A DNA stretch of 64,000 nucleotides, from positions 230,225 through 294,224 of the forward strand of contig JAKMXF010000304.1 of the NCBI GenBank assembly GCA_024704765.1. Reading direction: 5' to 3'. The notes beneath the pieces were generated by a model, which saw only the letters and a list, made by a program, of their open reading frames with translations, was not told the DNA's origin and did no database searches. Positions 25,631 through 40,299 of the stretch are shown one piece after another; within the stretch, counting starts at the first letter, position 1, and every line of letters starts with the position of its first letter. This DNA is from Oopsacas minuta. Lineage: Eukaryota; Animalia; Porifera. The position numbers and the translations under genes are program-made.

Positions 25631-27794
25631 AGCTTAAATCGTGGCATATTTTGGTCCAAAACCTTTCGATGTTGGAAAATAATCAAATGTCAGAGAAATA
25701 ATTCCGACTTGTTGAATAGAGGATTGTGGGGTATGCTTTATCATGAGAATTCTAGAGGGTTGCCATAATTTGTACTACAGGCTTGTTGCGTCTTCGAACC
25801 CCTCGGCGCGTATTCAGGGAAATACGATATTAGGGTAAATTTAGAATCCATATTTCACTTAACATAGTCTATATTAATTGGGTGGAACCTAAATATCTCA
25901 GGTTTCAGGCAATTTCACTGATTTTCAAGATATCCGAATATTTTCTGTATAATGATTCATCACACTAAGAATAAAAAAGAATAGGGCTAAACCTAATAAG
26001 ATGTAGAGGATGAAACTTTATTCAATCAGTTAGAATGGAATATATATTCAACTCATTTATAGTGATGGATACAGCAACACTGTAAACAGTGTAGTAAACA
26101 GCAACCATATTACTGAAACTGGAGAAATTTGGGTTTATAACAGACTAATGAGACTATATATGCATTCATACAGCAATGTGGGTTCCAGCAGGGGTGGAAC
26201 AATGATTCTAGTATGTACCTTGATAAAATACATACTTATTGATAGCTTTGTAAAATTATAATTGATTCATGAAGGTGATGAATTTTGAGTGAATACAGAC
26301 TTGCTATTAACTCCAAGTCTCTGATTATCGTACGGTTAATTAAAGTTTGTTAACCACACCGTGCATATTTTGATTATTGCAATTGCTTGTTTCTCCATAA
26401 TACAATTCAATACAAAACTTATCTGGTGATTAGTATCTTCATCATGTAAAAAACTCTCTTTTTATTATATTTTCTTTCGGGGTATTTTGTCAGTTTTTCT
26501 TCTTTCCTGTGTCTAGTGATTAAAAATTAACGATTTCGAGTCCAAATTTTCATTGGTCAAAATGAGTGAATATTGTAATCTATGTAGTTATCATATACAT
26601 ATGTATATTGTTGTCTCTAAACTACATAGAGTATTTCTATGAACGTAGACTACGCATTTCACCCTAGGAGCATATAATGGGATAGTAGTTGACACGATTA
26701 TTTCTCTTTATTCATGCCATTTCGTGGGGGAAAAACAGTTTTCGACTGCGTTAGTTAATGAATGAATTAATAGATTATAATTTTTAGAACATACAGGTAA
26801 ATTCAACTGGTAATGAAGGTAAGAAAAATTGAGAACTATAAATAGTAACAAACACAGGGCTCTATACTCTCACGATCTCCTCTATTGTCATACGGTTGTT
26901 TAGAATGAAATTTGGACATAATTAACATGCAAAATCTCTACTTCTGCCTATTTTCCCACTGTGCATCACAGGATGATACAGTATACATTATGGATAGTTC
27001 ATGGATAATCAGTTGTCTCCTTTTTGTAATTTGTATAATCACATCCAGGGGTTAAACAATAAACAGTGTTTTCCGAACTCGCTCCTACCGCTCTTCCTCC
27101 CTACTTTTATATGCATAAATATATTTTTAAAAGAATCATACACCTTAGGAGCGTCCTGAGCAACTAGGTAATCCCTTTATCATACCGTATTGTATATGCA
27201 TGAAAAATGTCAATGTGCTATGCAATCTTTAGTTGATTTTTTGAAAGATTCTTACTTAACTAAGAGGAGCAGTTAATATTTCTCTTTGGGGTTTCCGATA
27301 ATTGCTCTGGGGTTGCAAGCAATCACAATAATACGAAATTGCTAGTAACCATAGTAATCGAGGAGTTACAAATGTGGTTGCTAGTAACACCTAGCAACGG
27401 CCTAGCTATGCTTATGGCTATACCTAATTCCAACCAGATGATTTAGTATGTACTTAATAGAATTGTGTCATTCACCGACATGGGACTAGCCGGATTTCAC
27501 TGTATTATCCAAACTAAAAACAAGGAAATGAAAACAGTTTACCATTGGTTAAATACATATATACGTTGTAATAAAAATCAACATATAATCTATATACTTT
27601 TGAATGCATAATCCTGAAATATATTACGGCGAGAAAATAAAATTCATAAGAGTATATGCGAAATTTTAACTATATATATATAAAATAGATATCAATAATA
27701 GATACAAATGAAATATAGCATACAACAAATTAGTATTTCAAAAGAAAGGTTTAATCAAGTATATTGAAGAAAAACACCTAAAAGGAGGTTAATA

Positions 27795-28117
27795 TTAATC
27801 AAATCCACTTAAAAACATCCCATATGGGTATTCAATTTGATACTTCAAACATAACTTTTCATACTGATTAGGTTCTAAACGAAGGTTCCATTCCAGTTGA
27901 TTTAATGAGGACAGGGTAACTTCTATGTTTGGGGTAAGCTTGAGTGGTGAATTCTGTTTCTTGCAAAGAGGTTCTAGAAGGGTAACTTTGACTCGATCAT
28001 CTTGACTTAGTGGTAGGCAATGCCTGATAATAATATTCGAAACAGTAGCCCTATTATTCCTAACATCTAAATACTTCTTGAATTCATAGATAGCCGCAGT
28101 TGACTTCGAAAAGAGCC
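27795..28117 (-). CDS. DUF4139-domain (F37C4.5/MuiA-like) host gene, terminal exon
   Basis: cacAG| acceptor, phase 1. Encodes (G)LFSKSTAAIYEFKKYLDVRNN...LPLSQDDRVKVTLLEP...LEWNLRLEP...LKYQIEYP..FD*, the typical DUF4139 C-terminus. Confidence 0.88.
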
Positions 28118-29854
28118 CTGTGTAGACAAATTAATTCAAGTATTAAGATACCCATTAGCTAGTATGGTAATTATGGCAAGAAATTGGTAAGTCAAATTTG
28201 ATATACAAAAGGAAAGTGATTTACACTTTATTCGAAGAAGACTGAGATATTCAATTCCAAACAGAAACGCAGCTGATCATGATGTTATATTTAAATCGTC
28301 AATATTATGAACTTATTGTGAAATTCAATACGATTGTCGAGACAAATTCGCAAAATATAGAATATCTAAATATTGATCATTTACAAATAGATGATTACTA
28401 CATAACGAATCTAAAATGTTGAGATAGCAGTCATAGCACCATTAAAAATTACAGAATCCATAGCCTGCAATATATTGCAGCCGCTGTTTCCCCGCCATTC
28501 GGTAGGGATGGGCTCAATCCTTTCTAAAGGGCTTAAGTACAAGTCCAAGCCTTTGAGGAAGGGCTTAAGTGCGGAATTAAGCCCATTGTCCATTCTTTGG
28601 AAAGCAATAATAATTTGAAATAATGCATGTAAGAAAGTATACTTTGGTACTTCTCTAAGTACAAATACAAGAGAGTTGCGTACATTGATCTTGAAAATGT
28701 ATACAAGCCTATTAGCTAAAAATATTGCTTGTGAAGTGTTTGACAAGACATTGAAGCTATTTAAAAGGCTTAAGTCCTATGTATAGGGAAAGGCTTGTCC
28801 AAAATCTTATGCTCTTCGACTTGGCCCCATGCCTGAATCCGCAGGTACCTACATTTTTGACAGGGGGTTATGCAAGGTATTTCGATTTACGAGCAGGTTA
28901 CTAGCGCTTGAACTCATCTTCCTAAATTTCCATACACTTAGATCATTAAACGTTACTGTATAAGGAAAGACACTTAATTTTCACGCTCCTAAGTATAATT
29001 TCGTATGAATCATATGCCTAGAGGAGTCCTAGAGAATCCATTGATTTTTGGCAAAATGAATGTATCGTATATCTATAGATCAACAAATTTTGGAATACAA
29101 ATATGAAAATCTAAGGAAATTTATACATATAGTTTAATGTTTGATAAGATAAAATTGGTAAGTTCCTGAGTTTTAAGAGAAGGCATGATACATAATTGGA
29201 AATATCGTCAAAATTAATACTCGAAAACGGTTAAATACATGAGAGATTGCTGTTAACATCATTTAATTGTGATCATAAGGCATTTAGGGTTCCTGTAACT
29301 AAGTTAAAATATCCATACAATAGAAAATTGGGAAATACCCTTGGATTGAGCCATTGAAGTAGCTAAATAAGAATATAGACCATTGTGAATAACAAAAGAG
29401 GGTAATAGGTGTGTGGTTCATATGTGAAGATTGTGAATTTTCATATGATAGAATATAGAGTTTTGAGATGTCTACAATATTAAGTTAATTATCGAAAGTG
29501 CATTGCTTATGGACATAGGGGCTGATCTTTACAGGAAACTGTCTCTAACCAGGGAGCAATGTGTAATTGTCACCTCGTTGGATGTATAGCCAAGCAAGTA
29601 TCCATGCTAGATGGTTGAAATTACATCACAGGTAATCAAACTATGTCAAATATCCTGACGTCATAATTTTGAACGTAAACACATGGAATCTTTACTTGAT
29701 CATGCGTGGACATACATTATTAACTTCCAAAAATTCGATGTAAATTCTTAATCTGGAGGCACATATTTCCACCATCAAAGTATCACCACAGGAAACTAAA
29801 TATGTATTTGGGTTGACATGGATAATATATTCTTAATTCAAATGGAGTCATGTA

Positions 29855-30453
29855 GTGCTGTTGTATGATAGAATTACTACCATGACAGTTTTACTATCTC
29901 TATTACTGGTACCATGGATACTTCTATATCCATGACAGAGTTACTACCTTACATGACAGAATTATTACCCTTTGATCATGACATGAAATCATATAACTCA
30001 ACTCTTAGTTCCTATCAGACTGATAATAATGCATTTTCAATGGTTTCTTCGTTTCTGTTCTCGAGTTATATTACATAACTACAGTTTTAGTGATACGATG
30101 ATGTAGTGAATGACCGTAATGTGTCCGGATGGTCAATTAATTGTCTAACGTAACTGTTCTAATTCATCAAATTCACATTTTATTTTAGAATATATTGCTA
30201 TCATAGTTAGTAAAGTAACAATTTCGAAATAAATGAAGTGAGTAGACATATTACTATTAATATAACTCTAGAGCAGAAACAAAGAAACCATTGAAATGCA
30301 TTATTATCAGTGTGATAAGCTCTAAGAGTTGAGTTATATTATTTCATGTCATGACCAAAGGGTAATAAATCTGTCATGGATATAGAGTATCCATGGTACC
30401 AGTAATAGAGGTAGTAAAACTGTCATGATAGTAAATCTGTTGTATAACAGTGC
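29855..30453. mobile_element. ~600-bp foldback/MITE with ~210-bp inverted arms
   Basis: Arms ~29855-30075 and ~30258-30453 are reverse complements (e.g. GGTACCATGGATAC, AATGCATTTTCAATGGTTTCTT) with one ~20-bp indel; TA on both flanks. Confidence 0.75.
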
Positions 30454-31780
30454 TAAGTCTATCCCTTCGGGTAGCACGTAGCGACCTAATGCACTATAAG
30501 GAATTAACTGTTTAATATTTAAGCAATTCGATCCACTAAAGTCCCGAGTATACGGTCGCCCTTTGTGCGCTGAAAAACAAACAAGGTCCCAATGAACACA
30601 CCAGCGACCCCTCAATCCCACACAGCTCTCTTAACTGGGGCCAACAGAACCCAAACATAGGAGACTATGTCTATGTATCCACACATGAAACCACGCTTAG
30701 TTACCGAAATATATGCTTCACTATTGTCTATAAAGTCAGTGTGTAACTCAAATTCCGCGATCATGGATATTATCAAAGTAGATTTGGTACATTCCAAATA
30801 TATATCAGGAATTAGCGTGACTCCTAGATGACCGCAGAACATATGGACATTTTAAAGTAGGATTTCTCAAGTAAAGGAACAATTCTACATTATCCTTTCA
30901 AACCATCGTGCTCATATACTATAGATTCGCTTGTCTGATTTACCCATAATTTTAAACTTAAAGAGATAATAACTACTAGGAATGGGCCTATTGCAGTATG
31001 TATTAACCCGTTTAGAGTTGGTAGAAACTCATATTCAGCTAACAAGCTCACTCATATTCTTCAATATTTCGAATAGAAGCACTTGAAAGTATTATTGGAA
31101 TATGACTCGGAATGGTAGAACCATTTGTATGTACTATTAAGGAAGGAACATTTTCAATGGAATATTTTACAATTACAGTAGATGACCTTGATTTTACATC
31201 TATAGATAGCTACTCAAAATAAGGCCTAACAGTAGCTTGAAATTTTGGCATCAGGGATGTAGTATTAGACTATATTTCAGGAATGTGTCAAAATAGGTGT
31301 CTAGCAAGCATATACTTAGTAAATGTAACATTCTTTGATGCATTGTAGAACGTTAAATAACTCATTTATCAACTCAAAGTCAATTATTGAAATGAACTAG
31401 AGATACTTTTAAACAAAAGGTCAAACATTTGTCATTCAAAAGTTGTCTTGTTGTTGAGTGGTAGTAGGGACCATGGATGACGAATATTGGAATAATCAAT
31501 TATAGCTCTAGAAACATCAAAATTATGGTAAAATGAGAATAGCCAATTTATACTGTAAACCTGACCTCCCATAGAGTTGTAATACATTTTGATATGATAT
31601 CTCGCACCAATGTGACGATGCCCATATGGTCATTTAAAGATTAGGAGTCTTCGAATAATTCATATAAACATATTACGAGGGTATGGGAAGCCGGGTATAT
31701 AGTATAAATTGGTGAAAATTATTTTATCATAACTTTCAAAATTCTTGAGTTATAATTAGATACAGTAAAACCCAAGCATA

Positions 31781-32690
31781 CAGTCGAGGGACAAAAGTAT
31801 TCGACCACACAAATATATTGTCATAAATTGTATACTCTTTCCCGCTCCTATATATTGTGTAGTCTATATTCGTAGCTGCTACCTAGTAATTTGTATAGAA
31901 TAATATATGTTTTTCAAGAATTTCAAAAAAATATTTCCGATTTACTTTTTGAAGGTGTTAATTATTAATAATTATTAGATAATTATTGATAATCAAAATA
32001 TGTGGTAATTCAAAACCTATTAAGAATCTATAACTTCTGACTTGATAATGAATTCTACGCAGGCGAGTTACCCCAGATTGAAATTTCCAATCGGATTGAA
32101 CAATTTTTACTAAACTTATAAAAGAATTTCAATTTGTCCCACTTGTGGCACTTTTTGAAAAAAGTGGCACAGGTGGCAGGAAAAAGCGCCACTACAAGGA
32201 AATCAACTAGGGTTAGGATAAGTCGAAGTAATATTTTCGAATGATATGACTATGCTAATCCTTGAATTCCAAAATAACCTCTTGGTAGCGGCCACTTGTG
32301 CCACTTTGGGCAAAAGGTGGCACAAATGGCACAAAATTGAAATTCATCTATAACTCTGGTAAAAATTGTTCAATCCGATTGGAAATTTCAATCTGGGGTA
32401 ACTCGCCTACGTAGAATTCAAATATCAAGTCAGAAATTATAGATTCTTAATAGGTTTTGAATTACCACATATTTTGATTATCAATAATTATCTAATGATT
32501 ATGAATAATCAACACCTTCAAAAAGTGTAATCGAAAATATATTTTTGAAATTCTTGAAAAACATATGTTATTCTATACAAATTACTAGATAGCAGCTACG
32601 AATATAGACTATACAATATATAGGAGCGGGAAAGAGTATACAATTTATGACAATATATTTGTGTGGTCGAATACTTTTGTCTCCTGACTG
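31781..32690. mobile_element. Tc1-type non-autonomous foldback element with ~400-bp TIRs
   Basis: TA|CAGTCGAGGGACAAAAGTATTCGACCAC ... GTGGTCGAATACTTTTGTCTCCTGACTG|TA. Arms are highly similar, centre ~110 bp, no ORF. Confidence 0.9.
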
Positions 32691-33263
32691 TACGTTGATA
32701 AGAGGTTTGCCTTTTAGGGGCTAATCATAAACTTTATGAGGTGTATGAATTTTTGTTTGTAAATATGTGCAAGATGTGTTACTGTAAGTAATAAACGTTG
32801 ATCAAATAATCTAATTCAATGTATTGTATTACCTATCTTCAGCATAACACACGTCATTGAGTGTACGTATGTAGGCACATGTTTAACAAATCGGTATTAT
32901 TAAATGTAATTAGTAGTCCAATTGATTAAACTTTGAAAAAGGCAATGAGACATTACTGAGACATGTGACAACGCTTTTCTAGAATATGTCAATAAAAACA
33001 CTCTCGATACTGATGATTGGCCCTAGGATTCTATAATAAACACTTGTGTTCTTTAATGGGAGATCCATATGAATGGCTAAGTGATATTTGGGACACAAAA
33101 GAGCGTTCCCGGTTCACTATAGGAAGATGTTCCTTAATGGGGGGGTAGGGATCAATTTTAAAGCATAGGAGAAAATCGAGATGGGAAAAAGTCTCTAAGA
33201 GAGAGAGTAGGGGCTGAGACAAGTAATGGGGAACCTTTAATAAATGTCTCCTAAGCACAGGTA

Positions 33264-34592
33264 CAGGGGCATTCAACAAATACTAATCATACCATCTAAA
33301 ACTATAGATACTTGTGTAAAGTTGGTAATTTTTGTTATGAATGTTCAAAGTAGTCTCCTTTATACGCTACAACTGAATTAGCCTTTTAATCCAATTTTCA
33401 AATGTCTTTCTGTACTCATCCTTGGGAATGACTTCAAGGTATTTGTAAATTGCCCGACCGAGGCTGAGCCGATCCTCAAATTCGCGTCCGGAGAGGTTAT
33501 CTTTGAGTTTTCTAAACAGCCAGAAGTCACATGGGGCTATATAGTAAGGTGGATGTGGAACTTCGTGCATACCCATATCTTTAATTTTTTGCCTTACAGC
33601 CAAAGATTTATGCGGTCTAGCATTATCGTGCAAAATTTTGAGACCACGAGTTCCAGTCTTTGGATGACGCTTAAGATAATGTTTTTCGACCTCAGGCAAC
33701 ACCACATCTGCGTAAAATTGTCCTGTGAGTGTTTGACCTTTGGGAACAGGGATTTGGGCTACAGGACCTAGGCCATCGAAAAATATGCAGTACAAGACCT
33801 TCGGGGCACGGAAGTCGGATACACAAACAGCTGGGGGTACCTCTCCCTTCTTTAGCCATACCTTGCCATCTTGCTTTCTGATCGGTGGTTTGAATTGTAT
33901 CCATGTTTCATCTCCTGTTACTATCTCTAATAACCGCCTAGGGTCACTTCCTTCCTAAATTTCAAGGTTTTCCTTAGCCATTTGGAGTCTCGCGGCCTTT
34001 TGTGGAAAAGTTAAGCAATGTGGTACCCATCGCACTTGGACCTTCCTCAGTTCTAAATCCGCCTTCAGAATTGTGTGTGCACTTCCCGTTGAAATGCCAA
34101 CATAGTTAGCTACCTCCTCAACCGAAGAATGCGGAAAAGACTCGACATATTCCCTTACTTCACTCAATTTGTCATTGTTGGTCGCCAGTTTTGGTGCTCC
34201 AGGACGAGGGGCGTCTTGGACAGAGGTCCTACCTTCCCTAAATAGGCTCACCCACCTTCTGACAGTTGAATACGATAAAATATCTTCTCCACATATCGTT
34301 GCCAACTCGTCATGAATAGACTTTGGAGGAATTTCGAGAATGGTGCGAAATTTGATGTACGTTCGTTGTTCAAGTTCCGAAAAATTTGGACAAGAAGCCA
34401 TGAAAAATGTAAAGGAGAAAATGTAGGTTTCTAAAAATAACTGAAACTTAGGAAATAATTAAGTGATCAACTCTCTCTAAGTTTTGTTAGAAAGTTGAAA
34501 TATGGTTCTATATAATTGCACTGAGAAATACTAGCTTAGAACTGCTATTTCATTAAAAATATACAGTGATTAGTATATATTGAATGCCCCTG
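33264..34592 (-). mobile_element. Full-length mariner element with dead transposase (34401->33367)
   Basis: TA-flanked 26-bp TIRs CAGGGGCATTCAA.A.ATACTAATCA. HTH region, WVPH.L, TGDETW and HDNARPH are present. One in-frame TAG at 33955; HPPY(SPD)IAPCDF has lost the third catalytic D (reads HPPYYIAPCDF). Confidence 0.95.
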
Positions 34593-37500
34593 TATTTCTT
34601 CGGAGGTGCTTCTTATGGAAGTTTTACTGTATTCATAAAACATATCATCTATCCTGTCTACCATAACTCAACAACGAGCCAACTTTTGAACGACAACCTT
34701 AGCAAATTTTGTATATAGGCATCTATAGATCATAACATGTTTTCACTCTAAGTCGATAAATGCAATATTTAAAGTTTTGGGAGGCATGGAATAATGACAT
34801 AGTTTGTCGAAATTTAGATCATTGGCACAGTCATGAAGATGAAATAATTCAATGATAAGTTGGGATTGTGTAAAAATCTGATATAGGAGTTGGTATATTA
34901 ACTTGCAAAAATGATCACTCAAATTTTCGAAATTTTGAGAATTTCAAGATTCGAGGTACAAAGTGCGGAAATTACTAACAAAATGCTAGATAGCAAATCC
35001 AGTTTACCATAGAGGGTTACTAAATATAATTTGGATGGGCTGTGGATAATAAAATCAATTTCAGCTATTTTTCAACACCCTGACGTAGTGCCGAATATAT
35101 TCTGTTGGTGCAACTAGCGCCATTATGCTTGGACATGTGCCTACATTGAAATTTGAGTGCATACCCAGATTTGAATCCCAAACAGGAGCGTATACAGCTC
35201 ATTAACTCCGGGGGGGGGTAATGCTTGGAGGGGAGGTATGGAGAATATGAAACGTGCAATGGTAAGGACTGCTCCTTCGCATCTAAGAATTTCTTATGGG
35301 TGGTCTACCCATTAACTGGGGTTTGTGGGGCGGTGTAAACCCCATGTGGGTCCAACGCACATTCGACCATCATAATGACACAATTCCAGATCTAAGTTCA
35401 ATCTCTGATTAAATCGGTTTGGAGTATATCTAGGGCACTAGTATAATGGGATCACTGATTGCGTGATCTAGATTTGACTCTAGGAGGATGATCGCCGTTC
35501 TTTTCAAAAACAGTGATCGAATGGGATTGTGATCATTTTTTACCGAAAAGTTTTTGATCATATTTTTATTGTAGAAAGATGAAATTGAGAATCTAGACTG
35601 AAATTCTACATCAAAATGAATTTACAAATTTTCCGGACTTATAGAATTCGCATGTGCGAACTGACAGATGAAGGGACGCAAGTAATAGAGCATCTCTCTA
35701 GAGAAGGTACTTAGAAATTCATAAAAGTGATCAGAAAAATAACCGTGAACGTGAATGGGATCCTTTTTGAAGCATGGACAGAATCAAGATCTCACGATCT
35801 CTTATCCTTTATTAATGACTAATTGTGATATTGATTGATGAATGGCCTAGATATCTCTCATTTCTCCCCGGATCCGCCACTGTGGGCAAGTTGCTGAGTG
35901 ACTTGTACTTCGGAAAACCAAACACCCTTAGAAAAGAGATTTCGATGTGGATCAATATGGGAATGTAGAGTAACAAAGTCATATTCAATTTTCCAAAAAC
36001 TTGATTGTACATTGCCCATTAAAACATCAGAACAGCCAGAACAACAGTCATCTTCTGCCTTGATTTGATGTAAACATATTAAAGAATGTATAAACCAGAG
36101 ATACCTGCATACCATTGCTGCAAAATATCATGGGGCCAAGGCTCACCTTACCACCCCTTGGATCTGCCAGTGGTCCACAGTATTACAAAGGTATAGGATG
36201 GGTGGGAATGACGTGATCATTTCCCACCCTCACTCATGAGCTTAGTTGCGCCAATGTCATGATCTATTTACATCAAATGATTAGATATATTAAAGCACAT
36301 AAAATTAAAATCACCTGTCATATATTGTGTAAGTTCTAATTCTTTTCTATATCAATTGCGGACGCGTTTCTTAAGTGAAATTACAATATGGAATTCTTAT
36401 CCTAGTTATAAAATGTAAAATTCCTTGTCCAAAATTGAAAGATTTAGTATCTTTGAGCACTTCATTACACAATACTAATTAGATTGGAAAATTATATATA
36501 AATGATGTTTACCAATTTCTATAACATTGCCGATTAGCGAAAGTTGGAACCCAATAATCACTCAGAAATAGTGGTGTTATGAGAAACAAAGAGAAGAGGA
36601 AAGGGGCTTCCAATTAAAAATGAAGCATTTTGCAAAACTTTGGGCGATAACGGGAATAAGAAATATAGATAGGGTATCGAAAACACCTTTTCTCATAACA
36701 AATTTCGGGGACTATGTTTCAACGATCACCTGCAGCTGATTAATATATCTTTCAAAATTAGATTTTGGCGTTATCCAGAATAGTGTGCCGAATTCATAAT
36801 TATCCGATAATATATCCTATACTGTCCTAACTACAATATTCCACTGAAAAAGCTCACTGGTCGCTCATTATTTTGGTGGGCATATTTTCGTCTAGATATT
36901 TTTAAAATACAAAAGATATTAGGAAATTTATCAAGCTGATTAGTCGCATAGTCAAATGTGGCGTAAATTATCATACCCCTTTCCTGGGGTTTTTCAACCC
37001 CTGCGAGTATTCAGGCACGACGCTTATTCAGGGATTTACAGTATTCATAGCATTTCACTTCTAAATGGACAATAAGAATGCATATACTCTGCTGACTATA
37101 ATCCAAGTATATAGTATAGTTACTTAGACATAACTATAAATGTCTAATATAACTCAATAATCGTTAAAATTATGACAGGATCAGGATAACAAAGTTGTAG
37201 TAAATATCGGACCCTCATGCTCTGATAATACATTTTGATGGGTAACTCTTACCAATGTGACGTAATCATGAATATGCTTATATATGGTAATTTTTAACAT
37301 TATGAATAACCTTCCGAGATGTCATATCTAAATGAATTATCAAGGTAGGTTGTCGGGTATCTTCTACAAATTGGTTATCCTGATTTGACGATTATTTTAA
37401 CAAGTAACGAGTTACAATTAAATATTCATAAAAATGTGTCACCCCTGGATTATATTCTAACTCAAGAACGAGGCAACCTTTGTATCACAAAAATTTGATA

Positions 37501-37799
37501 TTTCATATTTAGAATCTATGGATAATTGCATAAATTCTCTGTGAAATAAAAGAGGCAATACTATTTCACGTAATTTAAGGGATCAAAGAATGACATATTT
37601 TATAAATAAATCACCACCAGACACATATTTTGCCACATTCCTGAAAGATTTAGTTATAATGATTGATAATTTGTTGCTCTACTAACAGTCCTTGCTCCCT
37701 CGAACTTTCTGATCCCAATGTTATCATTTATCAGCCATTCTCTTCACATGGAGGTAAAACTGTAACATTGAATGTCCAAGTCAGTAACCAAAGTCCAAG

Positions 37800-39880
37800 A
37801 GCAAATTATCCGAAGCTCTCACTCAATTGGACTGGAGTACATTGTGCATACCATCATGTGAACATAAATTTGAATGTTTCCAAAATATTATATCAATGTA
37901 ATGAACGAGTATCTCCCAACCAGACATATCAGGCGCCATAGATGTGACAAACCATGGGTTATTGAGTATTTCCGCAAACACCTTTCTCAACGTCAACGAA
38001 CTTTAATGCCCGGTTATTTTAAGGAGTACCGTATTCTACGAAAAATTGTGATCAGGAATGCTAATACCATCCGCCCGTCTTACTATCGTAAGTAAATGTG
38101 ATCTCTACGTAATTGTGATCCAACTGTTGATGGAAACATACCAAAGCCCTCACCGGCCTAGGGAGGCTTCCTCCAATTCCATTCCATGGCTGACAAGTTG
38201 TGTGGTAGGGATCTCAGCTTCCTGGTGGGGAGAATAAGCACTTTATTTGAATCAGTGTGTGGTGATCTGTTTGCCCTTGGAAATAGGCATGGTTCTGCTA
38301 GGTTGACCAGAATCATCCACCTATATCATACACACTGAAACCGTGTTAAATTAGCTTAACTGGCTAAAGTACACAAAGCTACAGACCCTGGTGATATGCC
38401 TGGTTGAGTTCTCCGAGAACATCCTTTCACTTTTCACACCCGGTTTGTAATATCTTTAATGTATCCATCAGATCATGGAGGGTTTCTTGCCATACATTTA
38501 GAAATTCGCTAACGTCATATTCGTCTCAAAAAGTATTCCTCCGCGAGCAAGTGATAAATATTTGAGACCAATTTCACAGACAACCGCATTGTCGAAACAA
38601 TTAAAACGAATCAAAGGAGGAGGGATGCTCAAGATAACTGCTGACATCACTAAATCCGAATCAATAAGGGGACTTAAAGGTCTATCTACCACCCATGCAC
38701 TCGTTGCCCCTGGCTTCTTACAGCAGTGGACAGGAAGGCCTCAAAAGTGGTCCTATTGGACTACAGTAAGGCTTTCGAACATATGGACTACACATAGTAA
38801 CCACGAAATGAAAAACATTGACATTCCCATTAATATCATTCGATGGTGATGTACCATCAAACATGTCACAAATGGTGAAGTTTGGTCAGGAGTTATCCAA
38901 CTGGGTTTGTGGGAAGGGGTCTGTCCAACAAGGATCATAGCTGGGGCACCTCTCCTCATTGTAGTCAGTTGAGCGGAAAGTCACTTCCAAAAAAATTCAA
39001 ATTTGAATTCCTACTTACAACAGATGTATTTCAAAAAATTATATATGACCAAAGATCAAAGAAATCAGATGTAAAATTCAAGCAAAAATTCAATTCAATG
39101 AGAAAATAAAGATAAAATTTGATTTAGGACGAAAAATCAAAATTTGCTCGCAAAAAATGATAAATTTACTTCAAATGAAAGATAAACAGTAGTCTAGTGC
39201 CAAAAGTAGGGAAACTACCTGATGAATGGCGGTATTTTTCCCAATATTTCAATATTCATTCTATGAATTAGCTATCTTTCAGAAGCAAATATCAACAGAA
39301 AATTTGTAAGTAATTTCGAACACAATGAAAAGTAATATTCGTCAAATTACAAATTACACAAAAGTAGTCCCAATTAGAGAAAATTGACCGCTGAACGATT
39401 TCACTCAAAGTCTCTATGGAAAAACATCGCAAGGACTTCGTCTTTGCTATATCTATAACTCAAATACTGCCGAGAAAATTTGTGATATTATGACGTCATC
39501 AAGCTAACAAAATCTCATTTTCTTGGCAGAATTGTTTATAACGATCTGGTATAATTTTTGCTTCCCTTTCATTACGAACGTGAAACTTAAGCTGGATCTA
39601 TTAAGCTGTTTACTATAATTATATCGGTTATATCGTTTGGAGTGAAAATACCCCCTATAATTGTTCGAAATCCTCCAAGCGTCTTAGGCAGCTGAGGAGG
39701 ACTGGACTTGACAGAGGTGACTTGCTACTGTTCTGGGGTACCTAATCAGGACAGTTATGAATATACCTGTCTGGTGTGGCATACATCCCTGACCATGGCT
39801 GATTCGCCCAAGATAGAGTCCATCCAAAGAGAGCCATGAGGATAATTGAACCGACATAAAACCTGCTAACCGGGAGTATT
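37800..39880 (+). mobile_element. Non-LTR retrotransposon (CR1/L2-like) reverse-transcriptase fragments, interrupted at ~38965-39560
   Basis: LPTR..R...DKPW, RPIS.T..LSKQL, GLSTTHALV, DYSKAF; after the interruption SKRL..LRR.GL...DL and IR.VM.Y.C.VWHTSLT....KIESIQ.RA.RII. Confidence 0.8.
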
Positions 39881-40299
39881 TTCATAAATTTTTCTAGAAA
39901 TTGCCCAAAATATATTTTCTTCATGCTAGAAATTCATTTGAAATATATTGTTGATATTTGTCACTGAAATAGGGTAATCTGTAGATTCCGCAGTATTTTT
40001 CCAAGTTTTTCACATTAGAATAGGTTTAATATTTAATTTGAATTTAATCCATAAAAAGCGATGCAGCCACAAGACTCGCATCAGGGACGAGAAGGAAAAA
40101 TCAATGAGTCTAACATTTATGATACGTCAGTTGTCAATGGTAATAAGCAGGTTGCATATATTACATATTTTACCTCGAAAACTAAAAAGAATGACCATTC
40201 GATGAATTACAAATTAAGCCACACTGTACGAAGAGCTCTAGAAGAATTATGCACACATGCAAATCATAGCTAACATTAAGTGAACATATAATGAAATAC

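Noticed and set aside
28411-28746. 111-aa ORF as an extra exon of the DUF4139 gene
   Set aside because: Exon 40300 joins 28117 in phase without it, and the peptide has no family motifs.
35858-36115. 85-aa ORF with a signal-peptide-like start (MVCRYLWFIHSLICL..EDDCC) as a nested secreted-protein gene
   Set aside because: It has no recognisable family, its 3' end runs into a GGATCCGCCACTG MITE-end motif, and I found no further exons. Unsupported without RNA data.
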